Origin: a virus
Virus record (IMG/VR): IMGVR_UViG_3300023199_000127
Coordinates: 64,001-128,000 of that record
Length of the DNA stretch: 64,000 nt
Direction: 5' to 3' (one strand)
Part shown: positions 55,250 to 64,000 of the stretch, piece after piece
How the letters are laid out: every line of letters starts with the position of its first letter
How positions within the stretch are numbered: the stretch's first letter is position 1
The notes under the pieces: model-generated
The model's input: the letters and a program-made list of their open reading frames with translations, nothing else
Databases searched by the model: none
Told to the model about the DNA's origin: nothing
Program-made: the position numbers and the translations under genes

Positions 55250-55867
55250 CTAGAAAGGGATGTCCTCGTCGGGAAGATCGTCACCACCAGCCACCGGCGG
55301 AGTAGCCGGAGCAGCAGGGGCGGCAGGCGCTGCAGGTGCAGCCGGTGCCGCGGGAGCTGCGGGTGCAGCTGGCGGCGCAGCCGGAGTGGTCGGAGCCGGC
55401 TGGGTCGGAGGCGTGGGGCCTCCAGAAGCAGCAGCCGGGGCATTGTTGCCCTTGTCAGGCGCCGGAGAACCGACAGGGAGACCAAGGCGAGCACACTCAG
55501 CCTCATAGTCCTTGATGATCTTGTCGGTGAACTTGAAGAACAAGTTCTTGTCCTCCGGGAAGAAGTAGACGACATTCGCCCACTCATCCTTGCCATTCTT
55601 CTGGTACTTGCGGCTGGGCATGGCAACCCACCACTTGTTCTTGTCCCGGGAGAAGCGGATGATCAGATCCTGGATCGAGACCCAACGCTGTCCACCAGCT
55701 TCCGGTTTCTTGTTGTATACATCGACCGTGACCCGGGCAAACATGCCCTTCTGGATCATAGCCGCCGTACCCAGCTGGACTTTATTTACCAGCCACATAC
55801 GGTTCACATCGCCACCAGTAGTGGCTGCGGCCGCCGGTGCTGCCGGCGGAGGGGGAGGGGTACTCAT
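55250..55867 (-). CDS. SSB-like protein with SpoVG-type core
   Basis: IQDLII..WVAMPSRK..GKDEW..VV core; Pro/Ala linker; DDLPDEDIPF tail. Confidence 0.75.
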   Translation of the reverse strand: MSTPPPPPAAPAAAATTGGDVNRMWLVNKVQLGTAAMIQKGMFARVTVDVYNKKPEAGGQRWVSIQDLIIRFSRDKNKWWVAMPSRKYQKNGKDEWANVVYFFPEDKNLFFKFTDKIIKDYEAECARLGLPVGSPAPDKGNNAPAAASGGPTPPTQPAPTTPAAPPAAPAAPAAPAAPAAPAAPAAPATPPVAGGDDLPDEDIPF

Positions 55868-56460
55868 ACTTCGGTTTCTCCTTGAGCTTCTTCATGCTCA
55901 TCTATCAAATCGTCCGGTAATGCATCTCCATGAGCGTAGACACTACTACTAATAGTGCCCATCCTCTGGTACATGCGTTCTTCAATCGTTTCTCGTTCTT
56001 TCCCAAGCTTACTAATGAATTTCAGGAAACGCTGGAGACTCAGAACAGTAGGTTGTGCAGTCGACAGGATGTGGATTATGGCACGCAGCCCTACCTGTGC
56101 TCCTACTGCTGCGTATACCATTTCATCTTCACAGTCATCCTCATCGACATGGTCGATGAGGTACCTCACGTCACACTCAAAAATGTCCCAGAGAAGACGG
56201 ACTACGTCAACTATTCTGGGATCATCATTTTGTTCACGTGCATTTTCATAAGCAATGCAAACTGCATTCTCTGCTGCAGCTTGTAACTCACGAGATCTAT
56301 TCAACAAACCCGTTATCGAAGCTCGCAGTTTTTTGGCAACACGTTCATGATCCTGAGCAGACTCAACTAGCAGCATTGCTCGTTGCCACGCTTGGTCTGC
56401 ATCAAGTCCAGTATGCTCTAGATACTCAGGAAGGCCTGCCAGTCCAACACGTTGAGCCAT
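55864..56460 (-). CDS. Hypothetical helical protein
   Basis: 198 aa; coupled on both sides. Confidence 0.6.
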   Translation of the reverse strand: MAQRVGLAGLPEYLEHTGLDADQAWQRAMLLVESAQDHERVAKKLRASITGLLNRSRELQAAAENAVCIAYENAREQNDDPRIVDVVRLLWDIFECDVRYLIDHVDEDDCEDEMVYAAVGAQVGLRAIIHILSTAQPTVLSLQRFLKFISKLGKERETIEERMYQRMGTISSSVYAHGDALPDDLIDEHEEAQGETEV

Positions 56461-57710
56461 TAGAAGGGCGTAGTCTCCTCGGAAGTCTCTGACTCAGGAT
56501 CAAAACCATCCTGTACGCCACCAACTTCCTGGAACTCAGTGAGGTTTCTAATGTCATCGCGAATCATCTCGAGAACCTCCGGGTTCTCTACGATGAACTT
56601 CTTGGCATTGTCTTTGCCTTTGATGCGATTCTGACCCTTACTATCCTCCGGGAAGCCCTTGTACTTGTAGTAGGCACCACCCTGTAGGATTACACCAAGA
56701 GCCATAGCGCTGTTAATAGCTGCAGCATCGGTGTCAAAGCCAAGTCCAAACTGGAAGGGCAGAGCAATCTCATGACCTTCCGTGGCAGACTGTTTGGTCT
56801 TATCGATCTTGATGATGCCATTGTAACCAAGCATCACCTTCTTCTTCTGCCCATCCGGCATGACAATATCGCCCTTGCGATCCTTGTCATATTGTCGTCG
56901 AAGAAATAGTCTCAGGTGGGCAAAGTGCTTCAATGCAGTGCCACCCTTCTGCTGGTAGGACGTACGTCCAGTGGGATTAATGTCCTGATACACATGGCCG
57001 ATGAGAATCTGAACCATCGGATTCTCGAGGCCACCAAGCTTAAGGTTAGCAATACCCAGGAACTTACTGAGCACCTTCGGCAAAGCGGCTACCGTATCAG
57101 CGTGTACAGTCTTCGCCACGCCATCCTGGCCAATCTTGGCAGGCTTACTCTGGATCTCCTGCGAGGTGACAAAGCCACCAAGAGAGTCGACCACGTAGCC
57201 AACAAATGCACCAGTCTCACCAAGGTCCAGCAGCATCTGTACAAGATCTTCCATGATGGCAGTGCCAGGCAGAAGCACCAGACGAGTCAAGTCGATGCCA
57301 ATATGCTCAGCATACGACTTGTCGAAAGAGTTCTCCGTATCCACCCAGATCCAGTCACCGATCTCGTTGTTCTGCATCCAGTGAGCAATGATCTGCATGA
57401 TCAAAGTGGTCTTGCCGGCGCCGGGGTTACCGAACACCGTTGTGAACTTGCCCTTCGGCAAACCGCCACCGCTAAGTCTATCAAGCTCCGGGAACGGAGT
57501 GCCAACGCGCTCGTACTCCACGAAACGCTTCATTGACTCATCGTTCGCGTAGCCCACATGTGCGCGCGGGTATTGCTCCTGCAACTTGTTCATAAGAAGC
57601 TTCGCTTTACGCTGCTTATTCGCCTGCTCTTTCTTTAGATCAGGTTGAATAGTTAGTGCCGCCGCCTTTTTAGTGGCCTTCTTCTTCGAGGCCTTCTTCT
57701 TAGCTGCCAT
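56460..57710 (-). CDS. recA: RecA/UvsX-like recombinase
   Basis: GAGG SD; ELDRLSGGGLPKGK, GNPGAGKTT, DTENSFD, VVDS, GGTALKHFA. Confidence 0.92.
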   Translation of the reverse strand: MAAKKKASKKKATKKAAALTIQPDLKKEQANKQRKAKLLMNKLQEQYPRAHVGYANDESMKRFVEYERVGTPFPELDRLSGGGLPKGKFTTVFGNPGAGKTTLIMQIIAHWMQNNEIGDWIWVDTENSFDKSYAEHIGIDLTRLVLLPGTAIMEDLVQMLLDLGETGAFVGYVVDSLGGFVTSQEIQSKPAKIGQDGVAKTVHADTVAALPKVLSKFLGIANLKLGGLENPMVQILIGHVYQDINPTGRTSYQQKGGTALKHFAHLRLFLRRQYDKDRKGDIVMPDGQKKKVMLGYNGIIKIDKTKQSATEGHEIALPFQFGLGFDTDAAAINSAMALGVILQGGAYYKYKGFPEDSKGQNRIKGKDNAKKFIVENPEVLEMIRDDIRNLTEFQEVGGVQDGFDPESETSEETTPF

Positions 57711-58050
57711 GGTCCTCTTTTCTATAGTCATCCAGTTCCTCATACAGTCCAATGAAATCATCCCAGCGCAGGACAGCGAAGGTATCACCACGCTTAGTCC
57801 TATGTACCATGAGAGGCATTTTACTGTGGAGGAGGGACACTCTCAGGGTTTTCTCGATCCATTCCCTACGAAAGGCTACGCCCTCAGCGTAGCCGTTCTT
57901 CGCCTCGATCTGAAAATCCTTGGTCTGCAGGTCCGCGTCACTAAAGACAGCACCTGAGTTCAAGGTTTCTCTGATGTCATCAGGGAGGGGCCAACTGTTC
58001 TTAATGAACAGTTCCAGATCATCTCCCTGAGTCTTGTTGGGATTAGTCAT
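57700..58050 (-). CDS. Hjc-like Holliday junction resolvase
   Basis: GDDLE..SGA..DAD..IEAKN..PLMVHR. Confidence 0.7.
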   Translation of the reverse strand: MTNPNKTQGDDLELFIKNSWPLPDDIRETLNSGAVFSDADLQTKDFQIEAKNGYAEGVAFRREWIEKTLRVSLLHSKMPLMVHRTKRGDTFAVLRWDDFIGLYEELDDYRKEDHGS

Positions 58051-58055
58051 GCTAT

Positions 58056-58478
58056 CTAGGTAGAAATTACCAAAGGAAGGGTAAATGCTACATTATCCCT
58101 ATCACGATCTGTCTTGTCGTGAGGAGGTGCCGGGGGCGCTACAGCAGGATGCCAGTAGCCCCTGAACTTACCATGGCATCTAGCAAAACGTCCTAGATTT
58201 GTACGCTTGTAGATCAGGCTGTTCCCTGCACGATTCACTCGCACCCTATACGGCCCAGTCATGAACCTCACCCAACGCCGTTGGCGATAGGCATAGATCT
58301 TTGCAAGCCAGACTTTACCCTGGGCTCCCTCGTTACGACACTCGGAGTACCAATACCAGCCGTTCTTCTCCGGCAGTTCATCGCTCCAAAGAGAAGAGAA
58401 TGCACGACCAGAATCGATCCTCGCGGCCATGTTCCATTCCTTAACAATAGTTTCAGTCTGTCTTTGTGTACTCCACAA
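58056..58478 (-). CDS. Basic Trp-rich hypothetical protein
   Basis: WSDELPEKNGWYWY; start uncertain. Confidence 0.5.
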   Translation of the reverse strand: MWSTQRQTETIVKEWNMAARIDSGRAFSSLWSDELPEKNGWYWYSECRNEGAQGKVWLAKIYAYRQRRWVRFMTGPYRVRVNRAGNSLIYKRTNLGRFARCHGKFRGYWHPAVAPPAPPHDKTDRDRDNVAFTLPLVIST

Positions 58479-58757
58479 CTACCCATAGTCTGGCGCCCAC
58501 CCCATTTCAGGCCCATCGTAGAAGACGTCATCATCGCCTCCATCTACAATATCGTCGCCAGATCTACCAGAAAGTACTAGACCGGCAGGCTGAGTGGGAT
58601 CCAGACCAAGCGCAGCTCTACGTGCGCCAGCACGTTGAGTAATGCGTTTCTTGGCCGCATTCCACGTCATCCATGACACATCACGCACGATCAAACGTAG
58701 TAACGTGTAGGCGAAGAGGCCTGCTACCTGTCTAACCAGATAGTGAGGGGAACTCAT
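58479..58757 (-). CDS. Hypothetical protein
   Basis: 92 aa ORF. Confidence 0.55.
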   Translation of the reverse strand: MSSPHYLVRQVAGLFAYTLLRLIVRDVSWMTWNAAKKRITQRAGARRAALGLDPTQPAGLVLSGRSGDDIVDGGDDDVFYDGPEMGWAPDYG

Positions 58758-59215
58758 TCGAAGTCAGATTCTAGATCAATATCATCCGGAACTGAATCGA
58801 TCTTAGGATCCTCATCAGGGGGAAGATCATCTTCCGGCGACTTAGGCTCCGGATAATCAAGCACCGGAACCATGTTGTGCGGATCCAGATGCGAGCGTCG
58901 CTCTCCCATGTACAAGCCAAAGAGAAACGCCTCCATGAGGTGCTTGTGAATCAAGACCGCAAAGAAGGGGTGCTGAGCGAATAGACCTTGTAGCCTACGG
59001 CCCAACTGATTGACAGTGGAGTAGTGAACCTCCTCTGCATAGTCCATCAAGGCCGGTTCCTTGTCGTAGCAACGACTCTTCCATGCTTCGGAACGACCCA
59101 GGTGAGTGGCGATCTGGGAAAATTCCTTGATCACCTTCTCGCTGATCAGGCCACGGTCATCAGGCGCCGTTGGCCGAGGGGTCTTGTCCGGGATGGGGTT
59201 CTTGTCCTTGCTCAC
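58754..59215 (-). CDS. Hypothetical protein
   Basis: 153 aa with an acidic tail. Confidence 0.65.
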   Translation of the reverse strand: MSKDKNPIPDKTPRPTAPDDRGLISEKVIKEFSQIATHLGRSEAWKSRCYDKEPALMDYAEEVHYSTVNQLGRRLQGLFAQHPFFAVLIHKHLMEAFLFGLYMGERRSHLDPHNMVPVLDYPEPKSPEDDLPPDEDPKIDSVPDDIDLESDFE

Positions 59216-59690
59216 GAATTTTAGCCTCGATGCGTTCTCGTTCTTCTTGATTGATATCTCTAACTTCCACGCGTACTTCGCACTTCTTGTTTTTCAAGAA
59301 CCGGCCTACCAGTAGACCATGCGTGAAGTAGGAGTGGAAATTACCCATTGCTGCTCTAATGCCTCCGTCGGCAAAGCCTACGAAGGCATAGAAGTTTGTC
59401 AGAGCCATGTCAGGGTACTTCTTCTGCGCAGTATCTACATCCTCCGCAGTCACAACGGGTTCACCATCCTCTTCCTCGTCAGGCCTAGTATCCTCGTTGC
59501 GTTTCTCAATGATTCTCTTCACCGCAAGACAGATCTCTTTGCTAAGCCAACGTCGTGTCTCACCTTCCCCACCAGGGATTACTGAGACAATGATCAGCTC
59601 TGTCTTCTTGCCTCGATAGAGATCCCACAAAGTATCTGTGCTCTCATCGAAGTAGTGAGTGGCGATCTGATTTGCGCCTTCAAAATTCAT
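59160..59690 (-). CDS. Hypothetical protein
   Basis: 176 aa ORF. Confidence 0.65.
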   Translation of the reverse strand: MNFEGANQIATHYFDESTDTLWDLYRGKKTELIIVSVIPGGEGETRRWLSKEICLAVKRIIEKRNEDTRPDEEEDGEPVVTAEDVDTAQKKYPDMALTNFYAFVGFADGGIRAAMGNFHSYFTHGLLVGRFLKNKKCEVRVEVRDINQEERERIEAKIREQGQEPHPGQDPSANGA

Positions 59691-60808
59691 GAGTCCAACT
59701 CTCGCAGTGCATTCACGGGATCAAGTGAAATGACCTCGTGACTTTCCTGATCCACCAAGTGTAGCATAGGCGAACCCTCAATACCCAGGTTCTCCTGGAT
59801 CTTGATAATGATCTTCTTGAATGAGCTATTGCTCACAGCATTCAGAAGCCGACTGCCAGTAACACCAAAGGAATAGTTCTTCTGGAGGGTTGAAGTTGCT
59901 TCCAGATCGAACGCAACCTCATTACCCTCTTCTTCACCAAACCAATAGGCTTTGCCGTCCTCAAGACGACAGGTGATCAAGGCTTCCTTGCCTAGCACCT
60001 GTACTGCAGTACTCAGTTCGCTATGTAGCTCCTTTTTGTCCAGCTCCACCGAATCTACGAAGGTGATATTCTGGAACATCTCGAGCACTTGAGAAACGAA
60101 CTTAGGTTCCTTCTGCTGTTTCAGGGCAAGCGTATTGCCCGGAGATGACATGACAAGCCACTTGTCGGAGAGCCTTACGGTGATGAATTCACCGAGGGTA
60201 CCCAATCGTACAAGTTCCTTTCCGGCTACGAATGCACGTTTGTCCTGAGGTAGGAGGTCGCAGTCGACCATAATGATCTGGTCTACCCAGGCAGCCAAAA
60301 GCTGCCTGGGGAGAACCGTTACACAACGCGCAGTCAGAGGTCCAGCAGAAGAGGACGCAAAGCAATGCTCTGCACGCTCGATGTTCGGAATGGGATTAGA
60401 GATCCCGTCAAGCACCTTCTCTGCCTTGGTAACACCCTCGGGGAACCTACCAAACATGGTAGGTTCGAAGGTAGCTACCTTGATCTTGCCGAACTTGATA
60501 CCGGTCTTGAGAAACCGGATTTCTTGGACACCCTTGGCCTTTGCCAGTTGTCTAGTTGCAGCCAGCAACTTAGGACCCTCTACTGCCACTCGAATAGACT
60601 CCTCCGGACCCTTCTCCACTTCCATTGAAAGCTGGAGGATAGCCAGATTAGACTGGCTACGGAAGAAGAGTCTGCCGTCCTTGTAGACGACGGCGACCAT
60701 ACCACCCGTTGCAGTGTCTTTCTCAGTACGAGCAAGACGCTCGATTTCGACGACAATGCGTTTGAGTTCGACCGTATCCAGAGAGATCTTGATGCCAGTA
60801 GACGCCAT
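59687..60808 (-). CDS. Putative DNA polymerase sliding clamp (DnaN-like)
   Basis: 373 aa; repeated helix/strand units (LDTVELKRIV; VELDKKELHSEL; FGVTGSRLLNAV); replication context. Confidence 0.55.
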   Translation of the reverse strand: MASTGIKISLDTVELKRIVVEIERLARTEKDTATGGMVAVVYKDGRLFFRSQSNLAILQLSMEVEKGPEESIRVAVEGPKLLAATRQLAKAKGVQEIRFLKTGIKFGKIKVATFEPTMFGRFPEGVTKAEKVLDGISNPIPNIERAEHCFASSSAGPLTARCVTVLPRQLLAAWVDQIIMVDCDLLPQDKRAFVAGKELVRLGTLGEFITVRLSDKWLVMSSPGNTLALKQQKEPKFVSQVLEMFQNITFVDSVELDKKELHSELSTAVQVLGKEALITCRLEDGKAYWFGEEEGNEVAFDLEATSTLQKNYSFGVTGSRLLNAVSNSSFKKIIIKIQENLGIEGSPMLHLVDQESHEVISLDPVNALRELDS

Positions 60809-60810
60809 AA

Positions 60811-61272
60811 CTAACGAGGCTTCAGAATAGTCATCGCTTTGTTGGCCTCACCATAGACACCAATGACAGCCTGAACGTCACGAGTGTGCAGATGCTGCAC
60901 CACGTTCTCGGCCAGCTCCTGAAGATTCTCCTCAGGGACATCGGCAGCGATCACGATGCGACCAGAACCGACCTGAATAGGCATCGGATCCTCGACATGC
61001 GGGTCACGGCGACAGGTGACATAAAGGTCACCAGTGGCGGGCTGCACCCAGGCAGTGTAGGGAACAAACTTCGGGTCGATACCGAAAGCCATGAGGGCCT
61101 CAAGACGCGGGATCTTGAAGGTACCATGCTCGACCTCGTTCACATCGAGAGTCTTGGTACCCTTCACCAGCTCCATCTCTGCCATGATCTCCGCGGCTTC
61201 GCGTCGTTCCCCTTCCGGAATCTTGGCAAGCAGCTGCTTGGCCAGCTTCTTGCTATCCACCTGTTCGGGCAT
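60811..61272 (-). CDS. Hypothetical protein
   Basis: GGAG SD; MPEQVDSKK.. Confidence 0.65.
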   Translation of the reverse strand: MPEQVDSKKLAKQLLAKIPEGERREAAEIMAEMELVKGTKTLDVNEVEHGTFKIPRLEALMAFGIDPKFVPYTAWVQPATGDLYVTCRRDPHVEDPMPIQVGSGRIVIAADVPEENLQELAENVVQHLHTRDVQAVIGVYGEANKAMTILKPR

Positions 61273-61951
61273 TGCTATACTCCTGCTTGTGCTGACGTTG
61301 TGCAATCTTTTCTAGCTGATCCGCAAACCGGGTGATTGCAAAGTACCCATTGCGAATGACACTCGCGACAGTCGCTGTCTGGCGACTGTCTTCATCCATC
61401 TGTTTGGTCACAGCCTTCGAGATGTTATCTGCATCTGAATCTGTCACCACTGTTTTCAATGCATCTCGTGCTCGCTTAGCCACAATGTAAGCGCCAGCAC
61501 GTGAGATCTTGACCTGATTCTCAGACTGTACTGAGACACCGCTAAAGAAGCCAACGATCATACTCAGGCGCACAAGGGCGCCCTGCAAAGTGATCAAGTC
61601 ATCGTTAACGGTGGCCAAGTGGGCCCTGAATCCCTGTTGCTCATACTTCTTAATAATGTCAAAGCAACGATTGAGATCCTCAAAGTACTCATCGCGAACG
61701 AGGATCTCTCGATACGGTTCCGGGATCCTTAGGTCGGTGAAGTCATCCGAGTTCTTACGCACATAGTCCTGCACGTCCTGGATATTCTTCTTGGCTTGTC
61801 GCACCTGCTTAGCAGCTTTACCAGCTGCATCCTTGGTAGCGACATCCTCATCCAGACCCGGAATCTCATCCTCGCAGTCCTCAGGTTCGCCGACGACGAG
61901 ATCCTCTGCGATCTCGGCTTCGGCCAAAGTGTCTTCGATTTCCTTCGTCAT
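61253..61951 (-). CDS. Hypothetical coiled-coil protein
   Basis: 232 aa helical ORF. Confidence 0.65.
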   Translation of the reverse strand: MTKEIEDTLAEAEIAEDLVVGEPEDCEDEIPGLDEDVATKDAAGKAAKQVRQAKKNIQDVQDYVRKNSDDFTDLRIPEPYREILVRDEYFEDLNRCFDIIKKYEQQGFRAHLATVNDDLITLQGALVRLSMIVGFFSGVSVQSENQVKISRAGAYIVAKRARDALKTVVTDSDADNISKAVTKQMDEDSRQTATVASVIRNGYFAITRFADQLEKIAQRQHKQEYSNARTGG

Positions 61952-63639
61952 ACCATGTCCCCTAGAAGTTCATCGATCAAATCATCGCCGCCTTCGACAT
62001 TGATCTCGTCGTTGCCGCCGAACTTAACCGATTCATGAGGGGCCAGTGTATCATTCGGAAGAGACACCGGCAGCTTCGTATTGCTTGTCAGGTAATAGAA
62101 AGGACCATGTGAAGTGGTCTTATGACCATTCTCCTGAATGGATTCCACCAACCCTTCCAGCGTGAACATCTTAGACACGTAATTCGGACGCACAATCGAG
62201 TCCGCATACGTGTGGTAGAGGAAGAACATGGAGAACATGAAGTCCATCAAGATGGGCTCAGTGTTATGGGGCATGAAGACCTCACGGGCTTCTTCCCATT
62301 TCACAGACTCCTCATTATTGAGGAAGTGCTTGTGCTCCAGCTTAGGCACTCTGATTAGCGTGATACCCTCGAGAGCCTCGCACATACGACGGTCAAACTC
62401 AGGATACTGATCAACAATCCACTGTACCAAGCGAGGCCACACCTCTTCTTTGGTTCCCTTGTGGTCAATCCCATGATTGAAACAGATGTTTCTGATGCTA
62501 TCAAGAGTGATCTTACTAAGGGAATCACACCCACTGTGCTTAATCAGCTTCGGTAGATCTTCATTAGACAGGATCTGTACACCGGTCCTGATTGTGCCAG
62601 GGTATGCTGAGAAAACGTGCTTCTCAAACTCGTCCCATGACATCTTAATGGGGATGGTATGAGCTTGATCAATGTGCTCACTATCCATCTGTTTACGAAT
62701 AGCCGGCATGGTACGCCCAGCCTGAGGCTGTAGTTCCACGCCGGCTGAAGACACGTTAGCTTGCCAGGGAATTGTGCTGTCCTTTGTGGTATACACCACC
62801 CAGTCGGACAGCATAGTCTTTCCCTGAATCGGGTTCTGATAGTCGTTGCGCAAAAAACCATTCGGGGTTAGCACAACTTTGCTAATGGCATCCCAATCGT
62901 ACAAGCTATCACTCATCATCATGCTGATGAGGATGTCCTCCATGTCCTCAAAGTCTGCAGGTGCAAAGACCTTAGACAGCTTCATGGCACGAAACACATC
63001 CCAGCTAGCCAGTTTGATTTCTGGATTCAGCTCCTTGAGGACAGCTCTGATCTCCTGCAACGTAGGCATGATCTGATCGGAGTCATCTCCAGTACCGATT
63101 CTGTAGATGAGTTTGCGTACAAAATCATCAGTCCAGATATCAGGATTCTGCATGCGCTCTACAGCTAGCTGCAGGATGTGCTTATACTTTGCACCCTTCC
63201 TCACTACCAGCGTCTTTGGGTCACGCATCTTGAGAACAAACTCGCTGGGCATCAAAGAAAGCGATTGCTTAAACTTTACCGTGTTGTACCTCTGCAGTGA
63301 GGTTCTAATCTCATTCGCATAGCGAAGATATTCACCAGTAACACCTGCCTCCTGCACACGGACACTCATCCAGTCCATAAGAATAGAGACATTCTTCAGA
63401 CTCTCACCACGTGCAGCCTGTGCCAGCGTTGTCTCTGATACTTGACGGGTCAAAGTCTCAAACTCGCGATTGGGATACTCTGCACTGAACTCCTTCACAC
63501 ACTGATTCACAGGAGTTAGCAGATAGTAACCGTTTAGCACCGACTCCTTCATGGAGACGTCAACAAGCTGGCACTCGATGGTGCCAATTTCTTCGCTAAT
63601 TGCTAGCGGCTTGAAGCGCATGCTCAGCGCCAGCATCAT
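61948..63639 (-). CDS. Hypothetical protein with SAP-like motif
   Basis: 563 aa; ITLDSIRNICFNHGIDHKGTKEEVWPRL. Confidence 0.6.
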   Translation of the reverse strand: MMLALSMRFKPLAISEEIGTIECQLVDVSMKESVLNGYYLLTPVNQCVKEFSAEYPNREFETLTRQVSETTLAQAARGESLKNVSILMDWMSVRVQEAGVTGEYLRYANEIRTSLQRYNTVKFKQSLSLMPSEFVLKMRDPKTLVVRKGAKYKHILQLAVERMQNPDIWTDDFVRKLIYRIGTGDDSDQIMPTLQEIRAVLKELNPEIKLASWDVFRAMKLSKVFAPADFEDMEDILISMMMSDSLYDWDAISKVVLTPNGFLRNDYQNPIQGKTMLSDWVVYTTKDSTIPWQANVSSAGVELQPQAGRTMPAIRKQMDSEHIDQAHTIPIKMSWDEFEKHVFSAYPGTIRTGVQILSNEDLPKLIKHSGCDSLSKITLDSIRNICFNHGIDHKGTKEEVWPRLVQWIVDQYPEFDRRMCEALEGITLIRVPKLEHKHFLNNEESVKWEEAREVFMPHNTEPILMDFMFSMFFLYHTYADSIVRPNYVSKMFTLEGLVESIQENGHKTTSHGPFYYLTSNTKLPVSLPNDTLAPHESVKFGGNDEINVEGGDDLIDELLGDMV

Positions 63640-64000
63640 CTTCCTCCCCAGTTTCGGTAATCATTCGGCCCAGCCTGTTGCATTTCATGGCCACATCTTC
63701 TTCAAGGGCCTGCACCTGAGACTCATTGATAGCATTCATTCCAGCATCAGCGGTCTTCTCAAGCCACTCATTCACAATAGCAATGGCCATCAAACGCTGC
63801 GGCATCTCATCATTGTTCTTGGAGTACTTACCAACCAGTGCCGCAAGACGGTCGGCATACTTCATCTGATTATCCTGGATCGGATGAATCTCCGGAGTCA
63901 CCAGACTTTCGTCCAGTTTCTTCGTAAGCTGGTCGACCACATTCGGGGGCAAAGTGCCCTCCCTATGGGCTTCGATCTGCAGAGCAACCAGAGCAAGCAC
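63596..64000 (-). CDS. Hypothetical protein (5'-partial)
   Basis: Open to the window edge. Confidence 0.55.
   Translation of the reverse strand: MLALVALQIEAHREGTLPPNVVDQLTKKLDESLVTPEIHPIQDNQMKYADRLAALVGKYSKNNDEMPQRLMAIAIVNEWLEKTADAGMNAINESQVQALEEDVAMKCNRLGRMITETGEEDDAGAEHALQAASN

Noticed and set aside
55300-55450. Tandem repeat array
   Set aside because: It encodes the PAAPAA linker of the SSB-like protein.
193-63322. Most 60-240 aa ORF-track entries antisense or off-frame to the listed genes
   Set aside because: No motifs, SD or independent codon signal; expected shadow ORFs at this GC content.

Overview
Gene-dense 64 kb fragment of a large (jumbo-type) bacteriophage genome. It uses the standard genetic code, Shine-Dalgarno sites and many TAATG/TAGTG stop-start overlaps. 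Bases 1-24.5 kb form a + strand virion operon: very large beta-rich proteins with CBM-like, LamG-like, C1q-like and discoidin-like segments, probably baseplate/tail-fibre components. From 24.7 kb the genes are almost all on the - strand, apart from a 4-gene + strand island at 25.9-28.2 kb. They include a ClpP-like protease; a glycan synthesis/modification cluster (7 glycosyltransferases, 2 methyltransferases, sulfotransferase, nucleotidyltransferase, HAD phosphatase); replication/recombination genes (primase-helicase, two Cas4-like proteins, ligase, RecA, SpoVG-fold SSB, two resolvase-like nucleases, clamp-like protein); nucleotide metabolism genes (dCMP deaminase, dTMP kinase, NDT-like/MazG fusion); an oversized GroES; 3 tRNAs; and a tmRNA. 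Main findings, several not visible in the ORF track: (i) a 53-aa basic gene apparently overprinted in the +1 frame inside the 1494-aa virion gene, resembling three tiny Lys/Arg-rich genes at 15.0-15.4 kb; (ii) a virion gene apparently split in-frame by a 273-nt insert bounded by a GACnAAGACC repeat; (iii) a tmRNA with a 31-aa tag ending in LAA; (iv) unassigned structured RNAs among the tRNAs; (v) a pathway that could make a sulfated, methylated glycan. All product calls come from motif recognition by eye; no database searches were run.
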